Shown here: positions 16,110 through 24,649 of the stretch, piece by piece
Position numbering within the stretch: the first letter of the stretch is position 1
How the letters are laid out: each line of letters starts with the position of its first letter
Assembly (NCBI GenBank): GCA_013003465.1
Contig: JABDIZ010000363.1
Coordinates: 1-42,006, forward strand
Source of the DNA: Rhodothermaceae bacterium
GTDB taxonomy: Bacteria; Bacteroidota; Rhodothermia; Rhodothermales; Rubricoccaceae
Direction: 5' to 3'
DNA length: 42,006 nucleotides
Notes under the pieces: generated by a model
What the model was told of the DNA's origin: nothing
What the model saw: the letters and a program-made list of their open reading frames with translations, nothing else
The model's database searches: none
Program-made: the position numbers and the translations under genes

Positions 16110-19100
16110 AAGGCGACGGCGGCCTGGAGGCGGTAGTAGAGGTCCACGTCGTCCCAGACGAGGTTCTCGTCCAACTCGCTCCACGGCACGCCCACACCGA
16201 GGCTGTGGCGGATCTGGAAGCCGCCGAGCGAGAGCAGGTTCGCTACCTCTCCGCCCACGCCCGTCCGGCGGATCGCTCCGTCGAAGTCGGAGCCGGTCCA
16301 GACCATCGCGGCGTCGGCGAAGAGGTTGAGGCTGGTGCGGCCCAGGTCGATGAAGCCGAGCAGCTTGGTATTGAGGTCGAAGGCGGGGGGCAGGCGATAT
16401 TCGAGGGTGCCGAAGAGGACGCGGTCGCCGACGGCGTAGCGCCGGTAGCCGCGCACGCGCTCGGCCTCGTCCAGCGTCAGGGCCCCGACGAAGGGCAACT
16501 GGAAGTCGAAGTCGTCATACCGCGCGAGGCCGACGTAGTCCTGCGCCAACTGCTCGCCGAACTGCGCCGTCGCGCGGCCATAGACGTAGAGTCGCCCGAA
16601 GCCGAGCATCGGCAGCACCGTGTAGGCCGCGAGGTCGGGGCGAACGAACTGGTTGTCGGAGCCCAGGATGGGCGCGCCGAGGGTCACACGGGCGCGGAGG
16701 CCGGTGCCGTCAAGCGGGTAGAGCGCGTTGTAGCGGTACGGGCGCTGGCGCTTCCACGCGAAGCCGAGTTGCAGATCGGTGCGTACCCCTTCTTCAGGCA
16801 GGGGGAGGGGCCCACCCGCTGCATCCAGGTCGACCGCCGTACGGAGGTCGAACGGTTCAGCGTAGGCGTAGCGGACGCGGGCTCCGGCCAGGATGCTGGT
16901 AAACGGTGCGTCGGTGATGTCGAGCGGGAGCGTGGCCGAGAGATCGCCGCCGGTCAGGTTCTCGACGAGCAGGCTGTTGCCGTAGAACTGCGACGGGCCG
17001 GGGAAGCGGTAGAGGTTGAGCGTCAGGCTCGGCGCGAGCGTGTTGTTGGTGTACGAGAGCAGGAGGAAGGACTTGTCGATGAACTGCGTTACCGAGACGC
17101 CCGCGAGCACGGCGAGCTGGTGCTTGCCCAGTGGTTCGAGCCAGAGCGAGTTGGCGAAGAAGCCGTAGTCGTCGTTGGCCGGGTCGGCGTAGGGCAGTGG
17201 CAGCGTGATCGCGTGCGTCAGGTTGCCGAGGGAGTTGTAGCCGTAGCGCTCCTGAATCAGTGAGGGATCCGGTTCGATGGCGGTCGAGATTTCGCGTGGC
17301 GGGCGGTGTGCCGTCCACGCCGTGTAGCCCTGGGGAACGAATAGGGGCTGCGTCGCATCGACGGTCAGTTGCCGGGCGGCATTCACGACGTAGACGCGCT
17401 CGCGGCGCTTGGTTTCGGAGGAGACGAGAACGAGGCGGCCAGCCGGATGGAGCGAGTCGGGCGGCAGCCAGTCGTGGACCGTCGCGCCGTCGAAGAGAAA
17501 GGTGACGCGGGATTCGGCGCTGCGCGCCGGGAGATGGGGGGTGGGAGATGGGAGATCGAGGGCGGCAGACCCGTCGGCTGAGACGCGGACGGGGATCGAG
17601 TCGGCGCGGGCAGAGTCAGGATGGAAGCCGTTGGTGGCATCCGGTTTCGTAGTCACGGTGTCGGCGGAGAGTGGGGCGCCTGGCTCCAGGGTCGTGCCTC
17701 CTCCTCTCGATGGTCGGCGGTCGGCGGTCGTCCCCGTCGCATCTGGCGCAGGGCCATCCGTCAGGGAGACCGTAAACACGTTCGGGGCGTCATCGCGGAG
17801 GGAGGTGAAAGCGAGGGCTTCGCCGTCGGGGCGCCAGACCGGAAGACGGTCGTCGCGCACATCGGCGGCGAGGCCGAGGCCCGTAGGCAAGGCGAGCGGG
17901 GTGCCCGTCTCGGCATCCACGGTCAGCAGTTGCCGGGTGCCATCGGCCTCAAAGACGGCCAGCGCGAGGCGGTCGCCACGTGGGCTCCATCGTGCCGAGG
18001 TGATCTGCACGTTGCCCGTGAACCGCGTCAGCGGCGTCTCGGTGTTGGTTACGAGATCGAGCACGAACACGTTGGCCGTCCCGCCGTCCGTGCCGACGAA
18101 AGCCAGCCGTCGGCCATCGGGCGCGAAGCTCGGGCTAAACGCGCGGCGGTCGTGCGTGAGCCGCTGCTGTCGGCCAGATTCCACCTCCACCATGTACAGG
18201 TCGTTGACGAGCGAGCCGTGACGGCCCCGGATCGTCCGCGCGTAGGCGATACGATCACCGCTCGGGCTCCAACTGATCGGCCCCTCGAACGAGCCCTCAG
18301 CGAGCACGCGCACGTCGCGGTCTTTCGTCGTGTCGGCGGCAACATTGTTCATCACGAAGAGTCTCCGCACGGGCCGCGCGAGCGAGGAGAGCACGACGGC
18401 CGCGATCTGCGTCGTGTCGGGGCTATAGGCGAGGCTGTAGACGTACTGCCCCGGCAGCTTCAGCGGCTCGGCGTGGAGCGAATCTAGCCGCTCCATCTGC
18501 CCCGCCATCGTGTTGTAGTAGACGTTGACATGCCGCCGCCACTCGTCGTTGAACTCGCGGTAGGGCTTGCCGACGACCTCCTCGAAGGCGTCGTAGAAAT
18601 CGTGGACGCGCGTGAAGTGGAAGCCAAGCGCAGGCTCGCGGTGCTGCAGGATCTGGACGATGGTGGAGTCGCCGTAGCGGTCGGCGAGGTAGCGGACCTG
18701 GCTGTTGCCAAGCGCGTAGAGCAGCCGCCCGTTGTAGAGCGAGGCGCCGTCGTCTGGGTTGAGGCGGTCCTCGAAGACGGCGGTGCGGAGCCAGCGGTCG
18801 CCGCGCTGGGCGTCCCAGTCTTCCGTCTGGTACTGGGCGAGGCCCTCCGTCCACGACCGCGGAAACGGCGTAGCGACGAGGTTCTGCAAAAGCCCGATCG
18901 GGGAGCGCACGGCGCGGAAGTGAAAGAGGTGCGCCAACTCGTGCGCCAGCACCTTCCGCAGCCACTTCACGTCGCCCGTCCAGATCTCCGCCGCCTCGTT
19001 GACATGGACCCAGATCGTCGTGAACCCCGCCCCGACCGGCCACGCGGTCCCATTGGCAATCTCGTCCTCGTCAGAGAGGTAGATGCGCAGCTTGTCATCG

Positions 19101-19339
19101 AAGGTGACGCCGCCGAAGTTCTCGGAGAGGACCGCATACGACTCCTCGGCGATGGCCGCCGCCTCGGCCTCGATGCCCGCGAGGCGCTGCGGGTACATGA
19201 TGCGGAAGTGCTCCGTCTCGGCCACCTGCCAGTCGAGTTCCGGGTGGTTGCGCCCGTTGAAGGCGCCGAAGCCGATCTGGGCCGTCGCAGGAGCGGCGCA
19301 GGCCAGGGCGAGGAGAACGAGGAACAGCGAGCGCAGCAT
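16106..19339 (-). CDS. Outer-membrane mega-protein: HExxH peptidase-like domain + PD40/TolB-type beta-propeller + Omp85 (bacterial surface antigen) beta-barrel
   Basis: 1077 aa from the ATG at 19339, with signal peptide MLRSLFLVLLALACAAPATAQ. LAHELAHLFHF is the HExxH motif. Repeated PD40-like units are present (SWSPSGDRIAY, FSPSFAPDGRRLAF, ARWSPRGDRLAL, PVWRPDGEALAF). The C-terminal barrel carries the Omp85 signature VRGYRRYAVGDRVLFGTLEYRLP and a terminal ...LQAAVAF. Confidence 0.85.
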   Translation of the reverse strand: MLRSLFLVLLALACAAPATAQIGFGAFNGRNHPELDWQVAETEHFRIMYPQRLAGIEAEAAAIAEESYAVLSENFGGVTFDDKLRIYLSDEDEIANGTAWPVGAGFTTIWVHVNEAAEIWTGDVKWLRKVLAHELAHLFHFRAVRSPIGLLQNLVATPFPRSWTEGLAQYQTEDWDAQRGDRWLRTAVFEDRLNPDDGASLYNGRLLYALGNSQVRYLADRYGDSTIVQILQHREPALGFHFTRVHDFYDAFEEVVGKPYREFNDEWRRHVNVYYNTMAGQMERLDSLHAEPLKLPGQYVYSLAYSPDTTQIAAVVLSSLARPVRRLFVMNNVAADTTKDRDVRVLAEGSFEGPISWSPSGDRIAYARTIRGRHGSLVNDLYMVEVESGRQQRLTHDRRAFSPSFAPDGRRLAFVGTDGGTANVFVLDLVTNTETPLTRFTGNVQITSARWSPRGDRLALAVFEADGTRQLLTVDAETGTPLALPTGLGLAADVRDDRLPVWRPDGEALAFTSLRDDAPNVFTVSLTDGPAPDATGTTADRRPSRGGGTTLEPGAPLSADTVTTKPDATNGFHPDSARADSIPVRVSADGSAALDLPSPTPHLPARSAESRVTFLFDGATVHDWLPPDSLHPAGRLVLVSSETKRRERVYVVNAARQLTVDATQPLFVPQGYTAWTAHRPPREISTAIEPDPSLIQERYGYNSLGNLTHAITLPLPYADPANDDYGFFANSLWLEPLGKHQLAVLAGVSVTQFIDKSFLLLSYTNNTLAPSLTLNLYRFPGPSQFYGNSLLVENLTGGDLSATLPLDITDAPFTSILAGARVRYAYAEPFDLRTAVDLDAAGGPLPLPEEGVRTDLQLGFAWKRQRPYRYNALYPLDGTGLRARVTLGAPILGSDNQFVRPDLAAYTVLPMLGFGRLYVYGRATAQFGEQLAQDYVGLARYDDFDFQLPFVGALTLDEAERVRGYRRYAVGDRVLFGTLEYRLPPAFDLNTKLLGFIDLGRTSLNLFADAAMVWTGSDFDGAIRRTGVGGEVANLLSLGGFQIRHSLGVGVPWSELDENLVWDDVDLYYRLQAAVAF

Positions 19340-19522
19340 CGGCACATGGGGGACAGGCACAGCGAAGGTATGAACGCGCCGCGCGGGGCTGAAATTTTCT
19401 GCCAAGCCCTATGACAAAACGGTGGCACTTAAGGGTTGCACCTTAGTGGCACGCGCGCGAACCAAAGCGGCCAATACGCCGCTGCGTGTGCCTTCTCCGT
19501 CACACCTTCGACGCCCGCTGCC

Positions 19523-20248
19523 ATGCGACACATCGAATCCACTGGCGACGTGACGCCCTTTGAGGCGCGCGAACTGGCCGAAAGCCTGCTCGTCGGGCCG
19601 CACTACGACCCGCCCTACGCGGGTGCGTTGCAGGACGAGTTCGCCTGGCATCTCGTCAAGTACCTCCGTGAAGAGATCCGACTGGAGAGCGAGGTCGCTG
19701 TCGAGCGCCCCGGCGCGTTCTTCGCGATGGACTTCCTCGTCCGCGTCCCGCTGTCTGATGGCACTGAGCGCCTGATCACGTTCGAATGCGGGGGCACGCG
19801 CTCGCTCAAGGACCACCAGCGCCAGCTCCGCCGCGATGCCACCCTGATCGGCTCCGACGCCGCTGATGTCGTCTACCGGCTGCGCGGCTCGGATCTGCTC
19901 CATCACATGGAAGACGTTCTGTACCTCATCAGCCAGTGGGAAGGCGAGGCCGCGAGTTCGCCCTTCTCCGAGCGTGGCCGCATCAATCTGACGACGCTCG
20001 CCACCCCGGAAGCGAAGTCGCTGCGCGTGCGCCCCGAGCAATCGAGCGTCATGCTGACCTACACGCTCGATCCGGAGGCCGACTCGGCCGAGCGCCAGCT
20101 CTGGCACGCTGCCAACGGCATCAATCCCTTCATCCTCCTGCGTCGCCTGGATCGCCGCTTCCCGGACGTGTGGGCACCGCACGCTGAGCCCGGCATCGAG
20201 CAGCCGAGCACGCCGGGGCGCTTCGTCCCGCTTCGGAAGGCGAGTTAG
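19523..20248 (+). CDS. Hypothetical protein with a Vsr/DUF559-like (PD-(D/E)xK superfamily) core
   Basis: 241 aa from the ATG at 19523, with a G-poor leader. FFAMDF-x12-LITFECGG-x7-H-x6-RRDATL-x9-VVYRLRGSDLL-x4-EDVLYLI has the same order and spacing as the DUF559/Vsr signature (Y..DF / hhIE.DG..H / D..R...L / h.R....Dh......I). E-C-G replaces E-x-D. The C-terminal 110 aa are uncharacterised. This is inference from the pattern only. Confidence 0.55.
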   Translation: MRHIESTGDVTPFEARELAESLLVGPHYDPPYAGALQDEFAWHLVKYLREEIRLESEVAVERPGAFFAMDFLVRVPLSDGTERLITFECGGTRSLKDHQRQLRRDATLIGSDAADVVYRLRGSDLLHHMEDVLYLISQWEGEAASSPFSERGRINLTTLATPEAKSLRVRPEQSSVMLTYTLDPEADSAERQLWHAANGINPFILLRRLDRRFPDVWAPHAEPGIEQPSTPGRFVPLRKAS

Positions 20249-20391
20249 TGTGGGTGGGCATAGAGGAGTGTGGGGGCGCGGGAGTTTGCCGTCTTGCCCA
20301 CCACTACTCCCACACGTCCATATACCCCACCCAGTCCCGCCTTTCGGGGTAGCGCCTGATTTCGCCACATGTACCTCAACCTGATCCACCC

Positions 20392-20988
20392 ATGACCACG
20401 TCCCCCGACCTCCGCCGCCTCGCCGATCCCTTTCCGCCCGAGGACGTCGACTGGCTGCCCGGTGTCACGACGAAAGACAAGACGAAGGCGCTAGCCTTCC
20501 CATACGTGAAGAACGCCGCCATCATGGATCGCCTCGATGCGGTCTGCGGGCCGGAGAACTGGTGCAATGCGTTCAAATCCGGTCCTGATGGAGGCGTCCT
20601 CTGTGGGATTTCCATTCGCGTGACCTATGCGGATGGCACGGCCGAGTGGGTGACCAAGTGGGACGGCGCCGAGAACACGGACGTGGAAGCCGTCAAAGGC
20701 GGACTATCGAGTGCGCAGAAGCGGGCCTCCACGCAGTGGGGCATCGGGCGGTACTTCCCCCGGATTCCCCAGCAATGGGTGCCGTTGGACAAGCGGGGAC
20801 GCTTCGTCGAGACGCCGCGCATCCCGGCAGCCTTCCTTCCCAAAGGGCATCAGCAAGCGGCCCCAACGCCCTCCTCGGGCGATGGCGGGGCCCGTCCCAC
20901 GCCCCCGACACCGCGCGCGGGCGAGCGCCGCATCGTGCGCACTACTGGGGCCAATGACGCCGAGCGGCGCGCGCGTCCGCAGGGCTAA
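20392..20988 (+). CDS. Rad52/Rad22-family ssDNA-binding/annealing protein, DdrA-like
   Basis: 198 aa. LADPFPPEDVDWLPG....K.KALAFPYV.NAAIMDRLDAVCGPENW..., then ...VEAVKGGLSSAQKRASTQWGIGRYF..IPQQWVPLD....F...P.IP..FLP. This matches the bacterial Rad52-like annealing domain as I recall it from Deinococcus DdrA and phage Sak proteins. A Pro/Gly/Arg-rich tail follows. Confidence 0.8.
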   Translation: MTTSPDLRRLADPFPPEDVDWLPGVTTKDKTKALAFPYVKNAAIMDRLDAVCGPENWCNAFKSGPDGGVLCGISIRVTYADGTAEWVTKWDGAENTDVEAVKGGLSSAQKRASTQWGIGRYFPRIPQQWVPLDKRGRFVETPRIPAAFLPKGHQQAAPTPSSGDGGARPTPPTPRAGERRIVRTTGANDAERRARPQG

Positions 20989-21019
20989 TTTCGCGCAGGG
21001 AAGATCCTGGGCCGCGATT

Positions 21020-21063
21020 CGGGCGGGGGAAGTTGCCCCTTTCCCTCTGCCCGGCTATTTTTT
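21020..21063 (+). terminator. Candidate intrinsic terminator downstream of the Rad52/DdrA-like gene
   Basis: CGGGCGGGGG (21020-21029) pairs with CCCTCTGCCCG (21043-21053), giving 8 G-C pairs plus 2 G-U pairs. T6 at 21058-21063 follows 4 nt later. Confidence 0.55.
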
Positions 21064-21102
21064 CGCCGACCGTGCCCCAGCCCGCCGTTTTCGACGCAGT
21101 GT

Positions 21103-22851
21103 GTGGCTCCCCGGAGGCGCGGACCTGTCCCACCACCCTTTCCCTGCTTGCGTCGTTCGTTACCCCTGCACTATGTACGGGCTGTTGTGCTGTCGGCACT
21201 CGTGAGCGCTTTGGCGCTCCTGGGTCCACCGGCCGAGGCGCAACTGGGGTCCGTCACGCCAGCCGAGCGGCTCCATGCGGGGACGCGCGTCAATGCATTC
21301 GTGACGTGGGAGGGCGCGCAGGACCTGGAGGGCCTGACGCTGGATCTGCCGTCCGGCTGGCGCCTCGTGGAAGCGAGTGCCGTGCGGCTGCAGACCAACG
21401 AGCCGGTGCGGCTGCGAACGCTACCGAGTTCGCGCGTGGAGCATCGCTTTCATGCGCTCACCACCGAGCCCCTGCGGGGCGCCCATCGCTTTATCCTCGG
21501 TCTCGACGTGGGAAGTGCGGTGGAGTACGCCTCCGTGACCCTCATCCCCGTACGGCGTCGACAGGAGGACAACCGCCTTGTGCTGATGCGGGGCCTACAG
21601 ACCTCCTGGAGCGTCTCGGTGGCCGAGGCGCCGCAGCGCGGCCGAGGTCGGGCCTTCCAGCGGGCGGCAGGCGCCGATCTGCTCATGCTGGAGCGCCGCG
21701 CGCTCCCGAGCCTGCGGGCACAGGAGCCCTTCACTATAGAAGCATGGCTGCGGACGACCGGACTCGATGAGGTCGTACTCTCGACGTGGGACGGGGTAGA
21801 GGCACAGACCTATCCCGTGGAGTGGCTCGTTGATGCGCAAGGGCGGCTCGTCGTCTACCGAGGCGAGCCGGGGCACCATGTGGGGATGCAGACGGCGCGG
21901 CCCGTGGCCGACGGGCGCTGGCACCATGTCGCACTCGCGCACGATCCCGAGCGAGGCTGGGCGCGCCTCTTCCTCGACGGCAACTTGGTGGACTCCCTGC
22001 GCGTGACGGCCTCAGACCTAACCAATAATGCATTACCGCTGAGCGTGGGCGGGCGCCGGGTACTGCGCGATGGATCGCGCCTCGCGTTCTCCGGTCAACT
22101 GGACGAACTGCGGTTCTGGAACCGCGCCCGCAGCCGCGACGAGGTGCGCTACACCATGCGCCGCCAACTCGACGAATCTGTGGACGGCCTCGTGCGCCTC
22201 GGCTTCGACGAGCCCGTGTCGCCCTCGCTGACGCGTGGCACGGTGGGGCGGATCTATGCGTCGTCCGACCTCTCGTTCTCCTATCCCGTGGAAGCGCTCA
22301 GTGCCGATGTGCAGGGTACCAGCGTGCGCGTGACGTGGGAGACGAAGGATCGCGAGAACGAACGCTTCACCGTCGAGCGCTCCACCGACGGGCGGACCTA
22401 CGAGGCTGTCGGCACCGTGCGCCTGAGCGAGCGCATCGCCGAGGCCGCCGACGGGACGATGCGCTTCGCCTACACCGATGCCCTGCCCGAGAGCCCACTG
22501 CTCTACTACCGCATCCGCCAGCGCTTTGGCGGAGCACCGGATCGCCTGAGCGGCGCGCTCAAGCTCGGCCTCGGCGCCGACGGAACGCCGCTCGCCGTCA
22601 TCGAAGGCAACTCGCCCAACCCGTTCCGCTCGGCCACCACGATCAGTTTCTCGCTGGAACGGGCCGCTCCAGTTCGGCTCTCCGTGTGGGATGTGTCGGG
22701 GAGCCGCGTGGCTGTGCTGGTAGATCAGACGCTGCGAGCTGGTCGCCACGACGTACGTTTCGATGCCCAGAATCTGCCCAGCGGCGTCTATTTCGTACGG
22801 CTCCACACGGCTGAGATGCGCCTGACGCACAAGGTCACCTTGGCTCGGTAG
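21103..22851 (+). CDS. Secreted LamG/concanavalin-A-like lectin-fold protein with a T9SS C-terminal sorting domain
   Basis: LamG-type core (WHHVALAHDPERGWARLFLDGNLVDS...FSGQLDELRFWNRARSRDEV). A C-terminal ~80 aa T9SS CTD follows (NSPNPFRSATTISFSL..VRLSVWDVSGSRVAVLVD...GVYFVRL...KVTLAR). The start is uncertain: ATG at 21103 gives a long Arg-rich n-region, while the GTG at 21187, right after a C/T-rich leader, gives MLSALVSALALLGPPAEAQ. Confidence 0.82.
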   Translation: MAPRRRGPVPPPFPCLRRSLPLHYVRAVVLSALVSALALLGPPAEAQLGSVTPAERLHAGTRVNAFVTWEGAQDLEGLTLDLPSGWRLVEASAVRLQTNEPVRLRTLPSSRVEHRFHALTTEPLRGAHRFILGLDVGSAVEYASVTLIPVRRRQEDNRLVLMRGLQTSWSVSVAEAPQRGRGRAFQRAAGADLLMLERRALPSLRAQEPFTIEAWLRTTGLDEVVLSTWDGVEAQTYPVEWLVDAQGRLVVYRGEPGHHVGMQTARPVADGRWHHVALAHDPERGWARLFLDGNLVDSLRVTASDLTNNALPLSVGGRRVLRDGSRLAFSGQLDELRFWNRARSRDEVRYTMRRQLDESVDGLVRLGFDEPVSPSLTRGTVGRIYASSDLSFSYPVEALSADVQGTSVRVTWETKDRENERFTVERSTDGRTYEAVGTVRLSERIAEAADGTMRFAYTDALPESPLLYYRIRQRFGGAPDRLSGALKLGLGADGTPLAVIEGNSPNPFRSATTISFSLERAAPVRLSVWDVSGSRVAVLVDQTLRAGRHDVRFDAQNLPSGVYFVRLHTAEMRLTHKVTLAR

Positions 22852-22926
22852 GCGGGGAAGGGGGGAGCCCGGCTGAAGACTCGGCGTTTCAATCGCTCTG
22901 TTCGCTTCTCAAGCCCTATCCCTTCG

Positions 22927-23613
22927 ATGACGATTACCTACTTTGGCCATTCGGCTCTGCAGATTGAGACCAATGGCACCACGCTCCTCGTCGACCCGTT
23001 CATCACGGGAAATAAGCACGTACAGGGCGTGGTCACGGCCGGGGAACTGTCGCCCGATGTGCTGCTCCTCACCCACGCCCACGGCGATCACTGGGGCGAC
23101 ACGCCGTCCATCATCGAGCGCGCCGCACCGTTGGTCGTAGCGGATTTCGAAATCACGAGCTACCTCGGCCGCGCGCATGAGTACGAGAACGTCCACCCGA
23201 TGAACACCGGTGGCGCGTGGGACTTCGAGTGGGGCCGCGTGGTGCGTACCTACGCTCGGCACTCCTCGTCCTTTCTCGATGGCACGTACGGTGGCCTCGC
23301 GGGCGGTTTTCTCCTCGAACTCGAAGGCAAGACGATCTACAACAGCGGCGATACGTGCGCCTTCGCCGAGATGGCGTGGCTGGGCGAGGACTACGAGATC
23401 GACCTCGCCTTCCTGCCCATCGGCGATGACTTCACGATGGGGCCGGAGGAAGCCGTGCGCTGCGTCGAGATGCTCGGCCCGAAGCAGACCGTACCCGTGC
23501 ATTACGACACCTTCCCCTACATCGAAGTGGACATAAGCCGCTTCACCGATGCAATGGAAGAGGCGGGCTTTTCGGCGCGTGTCATGGCGCCGGGCGAGAC
23601 GCTCACGCTGTGA
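22927..23613 (+). CDS. Metallo-beta-lactamase-fold hydrolase, UPF0173 family
   Basis: MTITYFGHSALQIETNGTTLLVDPFITGN, LLTHAHGDH and PVHYDTF. 228 aa. Confidence 0.88.
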   Translation: MTITYFGHSALQIETNGTTLLVDPFITGNKHVQGVVTAGELSPDVLLLTHAHGDHWGDTPSIIERAAPLVVADFEITSYLGRAHEYENVHPMNTGGAWDFEWGRVVRTYARHSSSFLDGTYGGLAGGFLLELEGKTIYNSGDTCAFAEMAWLGEDYEIDLAFLPIGDDFTMGPEEAVRCVEMLGPKQTVPVHYDTFPYIEVDISRFTDAMEEAGFSARVMAPGETLTL

Positions 23614-23701
23614 ATTCCGGCCGCGCGCGGGGCTTTGCTTGAACCGATGGACGGCAATTGTGTTTATTGAACGTCTAAGGGACGAGTAACCCACCGGGCC
23701 G

Positions 23702-24640
23702 ATGAGAACCCTGACGCTGTGGATGCGCGCTGTGATGTTCGGGGCTGTAGCCAGCCTCGCCGTTCCGGTCGGTGCCCAGGGGACCTTCCAGACGCTCGAT
23801 CCCTTCTATCAGGACGAGTCTGCCCGGCGCGATTTCTATGGCGGCGTAGCCCTCTCCGGCGAGATCGGCTACCGGCAGACGAGCCTGCTCCAACCGGCCT
23901 CCGACGGGGGCACGGCCGGGGCCTTGACCCTCTCCGCGCAGGTGGATTACGCGCTGCTGCCCCAGGTAGACCTGTCGGCCGTCATCGACCTCTCAGGTGG
24001 CGTCGGGCGCGGGCCGGTGGGCCTGAGTTGGATCATCCTCAAGCCCTACTGGCACAACGAGGGCACTGACTACGCCGTGCGCATCGCCGTCGACCCGGCC
24101 AGCGAAGGCAGCTTGGGCTTCCGGCAGACCGATGTGGCCTTCCTCTCGACGAGTGCGCTGTCTCCAACCCTCATGAGCAATTTCGCCATCGGGCTGCGGC
24201 GAGTGAGTGCGGGCTATGATGCCGGTCCCCTGGTTGCGGATGCAGAGGGCGGGACGACGTTCTCCTCGGCGCTGTTTACGGATTCCGAGCGCGTGCGCGT
24301 GATTGGCCGGGAGTTGCATGCGACGTGGGGCTACAACGTGGTGTTCGATCCAGGCGGCAGCCGGATCTCCGTATCGCTCCTTGGCGAAGCGGGCGACTAC
24401 TCGCTCGTTACCACGCGCTCGGATGAGATGGCGGTTGGAGAAGAGGGAGAGACGGAAGAGCGGGTGAGGAGCGGCATCGGCTGGTTGCGGACTGGTCTAG
24501 AGTTCAGTCGCCCGAGCTACCAGCTGGCGCCCTATGCGTCTGTTCCGTTGATAACGTGGGCGAATGTGCGCGGCGAACTGGTTCGTCACGGTCCGCGCCC
24601 CGATCGGGTACGCTTTGGTCTCCGGGTGACGCTGCGTTAG
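23702..24640 (+). CDS. Predicted outer-membrane beta-barrel protein, function unknown
   Basis: Signal peptide (...AVASLAVPVGAQG). Alternating-hydrophobicity strands run throughout (e.g. LTLSAQVDYALL, VDLSAVIDLSGG, YAVRIAVDP, VSLLGEAGDYSL). No enzyme motif. Confidence 0.6.
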   Translation: MRTLTLWMRAVMFGAVASLAVPVGAQGTFQTLDPFYQDESARRDFYGGVALSGEIGYRQTSLLQPASDGGTAGALTLSAQVDYALLPQVDLSAVIDLSGGVGRGPVGLSWIILKPYWHNEGTDYAVRIAVDPASEGSLGFRQTDVAFLSTSALSPTLMSNFAIGLRRVSAGYDAGPLVADAEGGTTFSSALFTDSERVRVIGRELHATWGYNVVFDPGGSRISVSLLGEAGDYSLVTTRSDEMAVGEEGETEERVRSGIGWLRTGLEFSRPSYQLAPYASVPLITWANVRGELVRHGPRPDRVRFGLRVTLR

Positions 24641-24649
24641 CGATCCTGC

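Noticed and set aside
19423-19452. A sigma-54-like element TGGCAC-N7-TTGCA (19423-19440), plus a second TGGCAC at 19447-19452, upstream of the nuclease-like gene.
   Set aside because: Seven nt separate TGGCAC from TTGC, where the canonical -24/-12 promoter has five. Sigma-54 tolerates almost no spacing change. The second TGGCAC has no TTGC partner. No enhancer-binding-protein gene is present in the window.
20320-20391. Looked for a Deinococcus-type radiation/desiccation response motif (a ~17-bp TTAxGxxxTxxxCxTAA-like palindrome) or any other palindromic operator upstream of the DdrA-like gene.
   Set aside because: The 70 nt upstream of the start contain no such palindrome, only a G-poor leader. 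No claim of a DdrO/PprI-type regulon can be supported.
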